A DNA stretch of 64,000 nt from Bispira polyomma. Lineage: Eukaryota. Location: assembly GCA_965649765.1 (NCBI GenBank), contig OZ287748.1:75330001-75394000 (forward strand), written 5' to 3'. This document shows positions 1 through 11,280 of the stretch, piece after piece. Within the stretch, counting starts at the first letter, position 1. Each line of letters begins with the position of its first letter. The translations under genes were made by a program, and so were the position numbers. The notes beneath the pieces were generated by a model, which searched no databases, was not told where the DNA came from, and saw nothing but the letters and a program-made list of their open reading frames with translations.

Positions 1-5
1 TTAAG

Positions 6-808
6 GAATGCATCCATTGGACTTTTCAGAGAGATTGCATTTTGATTTTGCTGAGTCTACAGCCAGGGCTTATGATGCCATGTTTAGGCTTTTCCTGGTC
101 CTTGGGGCCTTCATGCAGTGGCCACTACATCAGATGATTGTTCTTTGAATTTTGTCATTCTTAGAATTTCTGAACTTTAATCATATCTCAGCTGCTAAAA
201 CAGCTACTCATCTTTCGGCTGTTAAAGCTAAATGCATTCTTTTCCATGTTAATGTGGACTGCTTTGCAGATCCGTGTGTATCTTACTATAGCAGGGCTCT
301 TGCCATTAACAAACCTTTACAGGCAAAACATAAAACACTTTTTGATATTCTTTTGTTAACTGCCTTGGTTGCTAAGTGCGACAGTACTTATATGGGTCAG
401 ATCTTTAAGGCTGTCCTCTTGACCGTTTTTTTCAGTTTTTTAAGGCTTTCTTATTTGTGTCCACACTCTGTGGCAGCGTTTTCTCCCCTTAAACATTTGG
501 CCAGAGGGGATGTGCTATTTAAACCTGGTTACATAACCCTGCTAGTTAAATGGTCGAAGACCATGCAGACAAATAATCAGATTAAGAAACAATTCAGATT
601 GGGTTGTGCCCATACTAATCTTACCTTTCACACTTTCCGACGTTCAGGTGCTACGTTTGCATTCAATAATAATGTCAACATACAGGACATTCAGCGGCAT
701 GGCACCTGGATGTCGGATTGCATCTGGAGGTATATTACAGATTAAGCTCAGACGGGAACCCAGGTTGCTGATTGTTTCAAGCTTGACCTTCAGCCAACTC
801 CTAGGTAA
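6..808 (+). pseudogene. Tyrosine recombinase of DIRS-order retrotransposon (YR element 1, 5' part outside window)
   Basis: Frame from ATG at 8 continues into ORF 152-745 (nonsense TGA 146-148, TAA 743-745, natural stop 806-808). Catalytic motifs FLRLS, HTFRRSGAT and HGTWxSDCIWRY; clearly homologous to YRs at 33797-34741 and 51725-52600; large in-frame internal deletion after KWSKTMQTNNQIK. Confidence 0.9.
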
Positions 809-912
809 CTCTGGTGTTTGGTGACTTCTATGGGTCAATGATTAAAAAATAATATATCAATGTTAATGTATAATAAATATAAATTTGGACAGTTCACAAC
901 CCCCCTGTTCTT

Positions 913-1298
913 GGGCATAAGGTCACCTTATATCTCAGTACATTATGTACTCTTACATCACTTATCTTCCAATCACTTCGCAACCTGCATAGTATCCTTT
1001 AAATCAACCTTAAACTCAAGGTAGGGCCAACAGTTCGTGCCCATATACTTGCATACTGACTCAAACTCAAGGTATGCTTTTAATTAATCTCAAACTTAAC
1101 TTGGGCTCACTAATGATGCCCCTTAATTGGCATACTTTTGACACACAGGTTGCTAATCTTAAACTCAATTTAGGGCCATCGTTAGGCCCCTCAAATTCTT
1201 TACTTAAGGTGACCTTAAGTCAACCTTACTGTCTTAAAACTTAGGGTGACTATACGTTCACTTCAAACTCCTACTGATTGTAAGGTGACCTTATGCCC
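913..1298. repeat. 18-bp perfect inverted repeat pair and palindrome-rich 3' terminal region of YR element 1
   Basis: gggcataaggtcacctta (913-930) is the exact reverse complement of taaggtgaccttatgccc (1281-1298); internal palindromes AGTACAT-T-ATGTACT (937-951) and ACTTAAGGT-G-ACCTTAAGT (1202-1220). Confidence 0.85.
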
Positions 1299-4221
1299 TC
1301 AACTGAAACTTGAAACTGTATATACTACACCTGTAGAGCTAACCACGCTAGTCATTAATAAATACATATCCGAAATTTCTTTTACTATGTTGCTTAAAAC
1401 TACAATGCTATTAAATGTAATGATATTGCCAACCTTCCCTGGACCACAGGGAACTTTGGGAGATAGTGCAGGAAAATACATCAAATAACTTCACAATGGG
1501 TTGTTGTTACGTATCAGGTTGCGTTTAGTTTCGGTCCCATAGTCTGTGATGACAATAAATTGAACAGAACAGCCTTCATAAAGGCTTATTATTAGTGGCC
1601 ATTGAAGATCTGTAGTATTAAATGCTACAGTCCAGAAAAGGCAACTATATGTTCAATTTTGAAAGTAGAAAGCACATTAGTTTAAACTATATGAGTTTTA
1701 GTTGAAGCTGCTGCTTTCAGTGGATCATCTGACAACCCTTACATGAGTCCATAGGAGCACTAACATGCTACAGAATGAATCACCTATTTCTTCCTGAGAT
1801 TTAATTGACAAATTATCATTATTTGTATCATATTGTTTACAAATACGTCATTGTACAGTTGGGTTGTTGGTAAGGCAGCATCAAACTCTGAGTTAAGGAT
1901 TCTCTTACGAGTGTGGAACAGTTTATTTTTGTTGTCCTGAGTGTAGAGTTTTATAGGTATGCAGATAAAAGTGGCAACACACAGTTACCCACCTCTACAG
2001 GCATGCTTTTCAATCATGGTCCTCGTGTGTGAACGTTTGGCATTTGGCACAGGACTTGCTGAAGGACATCGGTTTTTGCAAAGGAGAACAACTTGAACAA
2101 CTACCCTGCTTTGTACTAGAGAACTAAACATTTTGATGCAACAGAAAACGCTTTGAAAGCTACATTTCAACATACCTAGAAGATAGAGAACAAGAGCAGT
2201 GTTTTAGCAGTTCTGATAAATATTTATATATCTGGACTGTTTTGTTAAGTGACCATATTGTGCCTGGATTTTGAATTTCATCCAGACACGCTCATACCGG
2301 TGATGCAGCACTTTAGCCAGAGTACCATTATGTTGCTGTTTGGTCTTATTAAGGTGCTTTTAGTTATCTATGGAGCATACTTAATCAAGCAATAAAAAGT
2401 TCTGGACAACATTTTTACAATTTATGCTCCTTCACCAACGCTATTTCATTTTTTCTGTCCATTGCCAGAGTCTGTACATCAGCAATGGTCTTCATCAAGC
2501 ACAATGTAAAAATATATAAGTACAATAAAAAATCTAACCTCCTCAGCAGTGTAGGGTGTGAATCTAGGCCCGAGTGTATATACATTCGCATTGCAATAAT
2601 CATAACCAACTAACTAAATTGGTTCTTATAGTGGTCAACTGCGGACAAAGTTATTGGGGAAGGGTAGTCAGTAATAAATTTGTCAACTTAAACTGGCATG
2701 CTTTATTTTAACTTTTAAGCCCAAGGTGGAAAATTTTAGGGTCAATTAGGACAGTGGAACGAATTAATTAAGAGGTCAACTGGGAGATTATACTTAATCC
2801 ACAGGGCAGCACTGACCTTACTAGTCCCCAAGCGCTACTTTGCACATTTGGTATCATGCTGCTGCCTCTATAAATATGCAAAATATCATCACCAAGATTT
2901 ACAAAACATTTTCATGAAAAAAGTTATAATTTCTTTTTCTACTTATATTTGGTTTACAAATTAAAAATGGCATTCTCATAGATTACTGTAACAGCAGATA
3001 TTTCCAATAGAAGTTGATTTGAGCTATTTTAGCGAATGTGCTAGAATAATCATACATAATAATACCTAGTGACAATTTAAAGGCATTACTGAAGAAGTGG
3101 TAATGGTTAATTAAGAACTAAAAATTGTAAATTAGTTCAACTTTTTTCAAACTAAAACGTGCACAGTATTTGTCAGTGGTTGCCATCAGACCGATTTAAT
3201 GCTACGTGTAGAGCCTTAACATATTTTGAAATAAAACTCAATACTTAATATGTTAACTTAATATAAACCTTTCAAGACGTTTCAATAGTAATTTGTTTTA
3301 ATTTGAAATGGGTTATCACCATTTGACTTCTGTGTTCCTTTTAATTTAACTTAAGATTACCAAACCTTTGCTGTTCATTTTGGCTTCCTTGCACTTCAGA
3401 GATTCCCATTATAGACGCAGCCTCATTATTAGCCACAAAAACTGTCACTCACACTAATTATACTGTTCCCTAAAGCAGCTTTGGTATAAAAATAACAAGC
3501 AAATAAAGCATCAGGCTTTTAATAAACCACCAAATTTGCAAGTGCTGGCAATGGAACACTATTATCATAGAGAGTGAAGGCATTTCAGGGATATTATCCA
3601 GCCAGCAGGAAATTAGTTGTCTGTATTTATAGGTTAATAAGAGTCTAAAAAGTTCATCGAGATTCTTACTGGGCCAACAAGTAGTAAACTAGTTGTCTGT
3701 ATGTAAAGGTGAATAGAGGTCTAAAAGGTATTTTTTGGGAACACCTGTGGTATGTTGATTTGTAGGACAAAGTTGCAAAACTTACAAAGTTGCAAAAGTT
3801 ACAAAGTTATGTCTCTATTCTGAAAGGTGAAAATATTATTAAGTATGTTGTTATAATTTAAAATAACTACATATGCTACCTAAAGCAAAAGGTTAATATC
3901 ATTTTAGCAATGGGTAATCAATAGCATTATTTTGTGCTTGTGTGTTTGTACAATAAAAAACATATGAGGTCTGTCATTTGTTGAATATATTCATAAGAAT
4001 AACTTCCACTGGGGCCTAGTAGGTGATTAACTCGCCACGGGACTGCTGAGGACCTTAGTTTGATCCCAGCGAGGGGCCCCCAGGTACAGCGAGAAACATA
4101 GTGGCTTGGAAGATTGACTAAAGCACTTTGGGAAAGTTGATAATTGGTCATCCTCTGCTATGGCTTTACAGAATTTAATAATTCGGTGTTTATCTTATAA
4201 GTTGAAGTAACATGCAGAAAC

Positions 4222-4428
4222 TTGGCCTAGTGGTTAAAAGCTTGACTGTAATATCACTAGCCACTCACCTTTCAGAACAGTACAATGGAATCCCTCTACA
4301 ACCTTAATGTGAGAAAGTTTGCCAGGTACTTTTTGTGGGTCGGAGGTTTCCAGTTCAAATGGTACTTTCTATTCCTTTACTAAAAATCAGAATATGACCA
4401 ACCATGTTGAAGGGATGTAAAACTCAAT
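4222..4428 (+). mobile_element. Degenerate tRNA-derived SINE (V-domain-like body)
   Basis: A-box tggcctagtggttaa, body tgtgagaaagtttgccaggtact...ggtcggaggtttcc, tail tgttgaagggatgtaaaac; the paralogous copy is split (15314-15355 and ~17510-17675). Confidence 0.6.
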
Positions 4429-4844
4429 TATATATTTTATGTGAGCAAAGAACCCAAAAATATTCAAATATGAAGAAAGTTATATCCTGATATATAAAAC
4501 TGATGCAGTCTGGACATACTACACACCTTATTCATTGTTTTAGCTAGGTTTTAGATTTGGGTTATTTGGGTCAGGAGTCGCCAGTGTGCTGCCAATGGTC
4601 TTTCCTTTTACAAAGTCATTTTCTTATCAATGCTAATTATGTTGTTCTCAAACTCCATATTACATGTTCTCATAACACCTGATGGCTTACCAAAAACAAG
4701 ATTAAAATACTTCTATAATAACCTGGGATTACTATTGTGGACATCTTCCTTAAACAGCTCATATGTACATGGATGATAAACTATAAAGGGCACAAAATAA
4801 ATTTGATATTGTATTATTCCAGCTGAATAACATTTTTCATTTAT

Positions 4845-5150
4845 AATTGTAATAATAATTGAATTATTACAAAACGGCAAATTGATGAGAACATCCTCTA
4901 AGGCTCTGATATCCAAAACGGGAAAATCCAGGGGAAAGCCAAAGGTAGTTACCAGAAAAGCATCCACCAAGGGAAGTGTGACTAAGAAAGGGTTAGGCCA
5001 ATCTGAAAGTTTTCAGATGGGTTCAGAAACCAGTAATTTTATCCTATGATCTGACAGTGTGTGGGAGTTTGTTTCATTCAACAGAAGTCGCAACGGCAAA
5101 ATAGCGCCTTTTCTGTTTGGTCGGGTTGAGGAGACGGAGAAGCAGTTTCA
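4845..5150 (-). mobile_element. L2 LINE 3' end fragment
   Basis: Minus strand shows a decayed ORF2 C-terminus-like stretch followed by a 3' UTR (ctggtaactacc...gccttagag) resembling the L2 tail at 22750-22850; absent from paralog A'. Confidence 0.55.
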
Positions 5151-5251
5151 AACAATTATCATATTTTCTTTGATGCTATAAAGTTCTTGATGAAAATATT
5201 TCACATGATATTGGCACATTTTTCTCCTTTATAAAACAAATATACCTATAC

Positions 5252-5253
5252 AT

Positions 5254-5323
<70 letters not shown>
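5252..5323. repeat. (TA)n microsatellite
   Basis: About 35 TA units; only a few units at the paralogous site near 19992-20008. Confidence 0.95.
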
Positions 5324-5326
<3 letters not shown>

Positions 5327-6879
5327 TCCTTGTTAATTTGAATAACCTATATTTGTTAGTATTAATTGTCATAGAGTTTTCAATGAATAAATATGCAGTC
5401 AGAATTTAGAAATATTTCCTGTACCCTACTATACATTACATAATAATGTGTTTGAGACAGTTTAATAATATGGTCCCATAAGTGGAACTAAATCCTGTGT
5501 CTTAACATTGGATTACTTACTCAAAATACTATCAATCTTAAAATTACATCTCAGTCATATAACACCAGTATAATAAAATCAGTTCATCTTGCTGTGCAAA
5601 GTATCCATGGATATGGTGTTCAACAGTGTTTTCTTTTGCAAATGAAGGACCTCGCCCAAAAGACAAAGATGTTATTGTGTTTTTCGAATTAGTTTCCCTA
5701 GGCTTAGCTTATTAGTTTCCTTGACAAAACCTATAGATCCAATATTATCTATAAATTTTGCATAATATGTTTTATGGGTGTATTTTTATCTCTGCTTGGT
5801 AAGTGAAAGTCGTGATTTTAAAAAATGTCTAAATATTGACTGGCAATTAAGTTTAAATAAAGGCAAAATACTTGTTTTTCAATTAACATTTGATAAAGAT
5901 ATTTCATCATGATATATCTTCATAACTGTCAACTATAAAAGTTAAGAAATATTTGTGTTTTAATATCAATAGATGTTCAATTGTTGTTTTAAGTTCATAT
6001 TATAATACGGTACTCATTTATCACTGCTTCCATAGTTCGACTATTGTAGCATCTTAAGAAACACTTGCGATAAAAAGTTCAAAGTGAAGCTATTTTTTGC
6101 TAAGGTACTAAATTGTGCAGAAGAGGCATGCTTTAACCAGATTCTGTATTTATGGACAGTTTTAAACTGATTAAATTCTCGAAATACACTGGGATCTATA
6201 TTTAAGTTAGTGTATGTTATATATTTCAGCATGACTTTTGTGGTAAACACCTTTATAAGCACGGCCATGTATGTTATTTTTGTCCATAGTGACAGTATAA
6301 GAAAATGCAGTCCAGCTTAACGGCTCTTAATAAATTGAGTTGCATACCACATTCGGTTAGGTCTGTTCTGGAGAGGAAGTAGAAGTGAAGTAAATTATCT
6401 TCAAAATGATGACCCACTTGTTGATTGGCTGCATGTTAATGACACCAAGCTTTAATCCCCAATAAATTGCAACTACCGGGCATTAAGTAAAACACATCAT
6501 GGCAAATATTTCCAGTTGGACAATACATACAACATATATATCATTAGAAAGCTCTCATCAAACATTATACAGTTATATAGCTGTAATATCCATTCACATA
6601 TGTGAAAAGCTACAGTACTTCATAAAATATTGAAGTTTTCAGAAAACCTAAACATAATTTTTTTTGTTATTGTTTATGATGCCTATTTCGTGACATTTTA
6701 TAACGAAAGACCAAATACCCTAGAATCTGAAAGTAAATAGTATTTCAATCTATCTATTCACCAATAAAAAAGGGATGAATTTCAGTATGTAAATGGTCTA
6801 TTATTTTGATAAACTCGTTCCCGAAGTTACTATACAATATGTAGTTCTGATCAAGTTAGCCACAGCTTGAATATAGAAT

Positions 6880-8620
6880 AAACAAACAACTGACACAACA
6901 ATTGCAACAGTATTTTACTTAACCTTATTAGTACCATTCATCAATATAAAAGGGAGCTGTAGAAATTTAAAGGTGTCCTTGTTTATTACTATGCCTAAAA
7001 AAATGCTGCTTTGTTGTGATATCAAAAAAAATCAGACATCACTTGTCACTGGATACTGCTTTTACTGTGGCTAGTTCCCTTGTAAGTAGCCGCCTTGAAT
7101 ATTACAATTCCCTTTGGTTTAGATTTAAAATGCCTCACATAAATAGGTTACAGTCCATATGGAACTATCTGTGCGGAGTAATTTGTGTCTGGGTATTCAT
7201 ACTGATGTCTCTTCATACCTCAAAATTCTTCTTGGCTTCGCATTCATTATCAAAAACTTTCAAAGCTGTTGTCTCTCAACAGCTCTTCTACCCTGCTACT
7301 CGACTTTTCTTTAGTAACCTCATAAGAGGAAAGATACTTTCTGTTTCCTTTTTTTAAACCCACCAAGAGGGCAGGATTGAGAGATTTCTCAATCGTCATG
7401 GAACACAAGTCTCTTAGTTGAGCTTAGATCACCAGAAACACTTTGTGGATTTAGGGGATAACTGAAACTGTATCTTGTTTACCGCCTTAGTTCACTCCCC
7501 CATGCACTCTCACACCATTCCTTTGGACCTGCCTATGTTTTTAGACTAGGTTGATTGATTCTGTTCTAGTGCTTCTAAAGAAGACTCACATTAACAAGGT
7601 TCATTATAATGCAAAATACGATACAATTCATCAGAGAGAAACCTATACCTGTAAATCGTCCTTTTTACATTTCCAGGGATCGAGTCTGCAAAGGTCACAT
7701 TGGTTTTATATTATGCTGTGTGGTCCATTGAGTACTGTACTGGATTGTTTAGGGTTTTTGAAATGAAATAAAACATCTTCTGACACCATATTGTTTTGTT
7801 TTTTTTTGGTTTTTTTTTGGTAAGCCCCCAAAATAAGATAAAACCCAGTCAGAATACCAAGTAAACAACATTATTCTAGATTTAGACACTAAATATTTCC
7901 CACCACTACTTAAATCACACCTTGTTGCTATTATGGAAGCTAAAGCACCGACAAGCACTTATTAGAATAAATTCACAGACAATTTTCTGTTGTCACTGAA
8001 GGTGTTTTAAGTGTAGTTTACTCTGCCATCACCAGTAATAACAAACAACACTCTAATATCTATTACCATAAATATTAGAGGTTTTGGATGTCCTATATGC
8101 AATGTCTATGTCACTCTATGTGGAAGTAAATTCACAAACAATGACTTTGTGCAACAGTTTGAAAGTCTTTCTTAGTTATTAGTTAATTATCTGGTTGCTG
8201 TGTGTCCGAGGGATTTACAAAGGCCCTGTAAACACAAAAATATTATGCTGAAACTACTACAGATTTTCAAATATATGCGAGCATGAGCAAAGTAAAGGTG
8301 TTTGTTACTAAATAAGTGAGTAAAAAAACCTTTGAGCTGCACAATAAGATCAACTGTCTAACATGGACGCCTAAGGTTGTGGAGCAGAAGCCTGGCATGA
8401 CACACTGTACGTTGGTTTGGTTTTAGAATCAGGATAAGGGCTTATCATTGGTTGTCTTCAGTTTAGTTTTTTCCCAGTTGGGAAAAAATATTGGCACAAT
8501 TTCTAAACTATCTCAAAGTGAATTCATGTTTTGTGTCCAAAATAGTTTTTAAGCTATTGTAGTGGTATAACAGGGATTCAAATACAATACTTTTTTCTCA
8601 AAATGCAAATGCAATGTATG
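6880..8620 (+). repeat. Segmental duplication block B (paralog of B' at ~9360-11280)
   Basis: Shared strings acttaaccttattag (6917 / 9396), gagtctg.aaaggtcacattggtt (7682 / 9561), ttattagaataaattcacagac (7959 / 9867), ggcacaatttc.aaactatctcaa (8493 / 11187). Confidence 0.88.
7016..7625 (+). mobile_element. L2 LINE 3' fragment (decayed)
   Basis: KIRHHLSLDTAFTVASSLVSSRLEYYNSL matches the L2 ORF2 C-terminal motif (LVSSRLDYCNSL); absent from paralog B'. Confidence 0.8.
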
Positions 8621-8669
8621 TTCAGTCTCTTGCACTTTTTCAACCATTGTTTTGAAATAGGAAATGGGA

Positions 8670-9170
8670 GTGTGCACGAGGGAAGCTAAGGTGGGTAGGC
8701 AAGGGTTAAAAAGATAGGTTTTAAGTTTTTTGCTAAAACCGATAAGTGTATCAACTGATCTGAGGTCAACTGGGAGACTGTTCCGTAACGAAGGAGCTGC
8801 AATGGAGAACGTTCTGGATCCTGCCTTCCTGATGGGTCTGACCGAAGAAGCCTATTGCCTTTTTTACGGTTACTGAAGGAGAGAAGTGATGCAAGGTAGG
8901 AGGGCTGTTGAGTGACTACAGCCTTAAAAATAGTAACGTGAATCTTAAGCAAAATACGAGATTGAATGGGCAGCTAGTGTAATTTTTTGAGGTAAGGAGT
9001 GACGTCTGTGCTTAGCCACAGTTATTGCTGTGTCTATTGACAGGTGGTTTTAAATTTATTTGATGTCGCATATATGGTAATAGCAGGGGTGACAGATGTT
9101 GGCAATATGAGTGTCGAACAAAAAGGCCGAATCAAAGGTGATACCCATATATACTGTATGTTAAATTTAG
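8670..9170 (-). mobile_element. L2 LINE 3' fragment
   Basis: LHWLPI-like, KIHVTIFKAVVTQQPSYLASLL and LKPIFLTLAYPP motifs; very similar to the copy at 59800-60560. Confidence 0.85.
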
Positions 9171-9359
9171 AGCCACTTCCTTACTTAGCCAATTTCTCGT
9201 TCCTACTGATGTGCTTCAGTTTCTACCTCAAAACATGTATAAAGTTAAGTCTGGCAACTGAATTCCAGTCTAGCTACTTTAACTAGTGTATTCTTAACTT
9301 AATCTTAAACAATTTAAGGTGGCTCTACACTGAGTATGTAAATAAATATTCAGTTTAAA

Positions 9360-11280
9360 CAAAGAATAGACTAACAATTGCCACTCCTGTATTTCACTTA
9401 ACCTTATTAGTGTCATTCATCAAGGTAAACAAGGACTGTGGAATTTCTAGTACAAGTACAAATAAAGGCGTCCTTGTCTATTACTAAGCATAGAAAAACT
9501 GACCCCCTTATTAGTGGCAAAGCTTCCACTGAGAAATTGCCCTTTATGTTCCCAGAGCCTGAGTCTGTAAAGGTCACATTGGTTATATATATTATGTCAT
9601 GTTAGTGGTCCATTGAATACTCTGCTGGATGTTTTAATGTTTGTAAATGGAGTAAAACAGCTTCTGACCCCATATAATTTTCTTCTTTTGGCAGGAGAAA
9701 ATTACATTAACCCCAGTAACACTGACATGGGAACTACATTATTCTTGCTTAAGTGATACTTAATCAGATAATTTGGGCACAAAATATTACACAAGCAATA
9801 TTTGAATGAATAACTGCTTATTGCTATTGTGTAAGAGGAACCCTTAGCATTAAATAAAAAAAAAGGTTATTAGAATAAATTCACAGACTATTTACAGTTG
9901 ACACTTAAAGTGTTTTAAGGCTTTAGTAACGTAAATACGAAAAAAAATCACTGCTAATCCACGTTATATGTGTTCGAGCTTCTCAGAAACTGCACAACCT
10001 TTTTTTGTAGTCTTAAACTCGATTTATGGATAACGTATTTACATTTTCATGAGTAGAAATAATAAAAAAAATTACATATATTTTAATTATATACTAATTA
10101 ATATATTTTACGGGTCATTTTAATAGGTATTTTGAGACATACAATGCATATAACAGTGTGTTAAATTGTAACTAAAATGGGTAATATTTTTAAAGTACAT
10201 GCTTTACAAACGTGACACATTTCACTTACCAAGAAAAAAATCAATACTAGAGTATTGTGCATGACGAAAAAAAGGAAAACGTCAGCATCATTTTGAATGA
10301 ATTAGTTTTTAAGAAAAGGACAAAAACGGCGAAAATTTTAGAAGTTATACTCTTCTAAACAGAAAGATGTTTGTATTCTTTGTTTTTATAAAATAAGGAA
10401 ACATATTGAAAAATGTAAATCATTCAAAATGATATACATGTTTTCTGGAGTTGTTTAGCCTATATTATATCTATATATATATATATATATATGCTGGATC
10501 AATACTCGTATTGTGTCACAATAGAAAGGGCTCTCTGCGGGAATTGTTTACAAATATAACGTTCCACCACACAATTTCAAATTATGTGACGTCACAATAC
10601 AAGAATCGTTATATGACTTTTTAAATAACTATATCAATAAATAATAAAGTTTTAAATTGTATTTGCATATAAAAATGTGTAAAACGGGCATAAAAGAACC
10701 ATTTTAGGTCCACTGTAGTAGGTATATGTGCTAAGGTTAAATTTCAGCTTAAATGCAGTATGATTTATCGGCAACGTTTTGTGTGTTTACGTCACTAAAG
10801 CCTTAAGTGTAGTTTACTTGATGACATTTTCCACCAGTCCGTTATGCAATAAAGTAGTGCTTTGTTATTCATCATTAGTGTGTGGTAATTGGGTGTCACA
10901 GGGACATATAAAGTCTCTGTAAAATACGAAACATTTTGGCACAATGTGATGATAACATTAGGTAAGCAAGAAAGATGTTTAATATAGTTTCTTACATATC
11001 ATGGATAACATAGGGCAAGCAAAAAGAAAACAACCTTTGAGCTTCACATTTGGTCAGCTGCCTGACAGGATAGCCTAAGGTTGTAGAGCAGGTGCATATC
11101 ATGACACAATGAGGCTTGGTTTTAGAACTAGGACAGGAAAGGGCCACCTTTAATTAAATAGTATTCCCCACTTGGGGAAATTTAGTGGCACAATTTCCAA
11201 ACTATCTCAATTTACTATTTATATAATAGTTTTCTAAGGGATTCACATACAACACGTTTTTCAAAAAGCAGTGTACTTTT
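9360..11280 (+). repeat. Segmental duplication block B'
   Basis: Colinear with 6880-8620, carrying an 884-bp TIR insertion. Confidence 0.88.
9919..10802. mobile_element. Non-autonomous TIR DNA transposon (MITE), Kolobok-like
   Basis: TTAA duplicated at 9915-9918 and 10803-10806; TIRs GGCTTTAGTAACGTAAATAC and (revcomp) GGCTTTAGTGACGTAAACAC; empty site gtgttTTAAgtgtagttta at 8002-8020 in paralog B. GG..CC (RR..YY) termini with TTAA fit Kolobok rather than piggyBac. Confidence 0.85.

Larger units (their letters stand above)
1610..6420 (+). repeat. Segmental duplication block A (paralog of A' at ~12645-20537)
   Basis: Colinear shared strings, e.g. gaatttcatccagacac.ctcataccggtgatg (~2272 / ~13341), tcccattatagacgcagcctcattattag (3404 / 14467), acattggattacttactcaaaatac (5505 / 20169), aaattgagttgcataccacatt (6332 / 20443). 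Confidence 0.9.

Noticed and set aside
152-745. Phage integrase / prophage or integron
   Set aside because: The YRs are linked to gag, RT and RNase H in eukaryotic DNA; they are retrotransposon recombinases.
2250-2360. miRNA hairpin in conserved duplicated sequence (ctggat...atccag)
   Set aside because: Stem too short and no mature miRNA I recognise; would need folding and small-RNA data.
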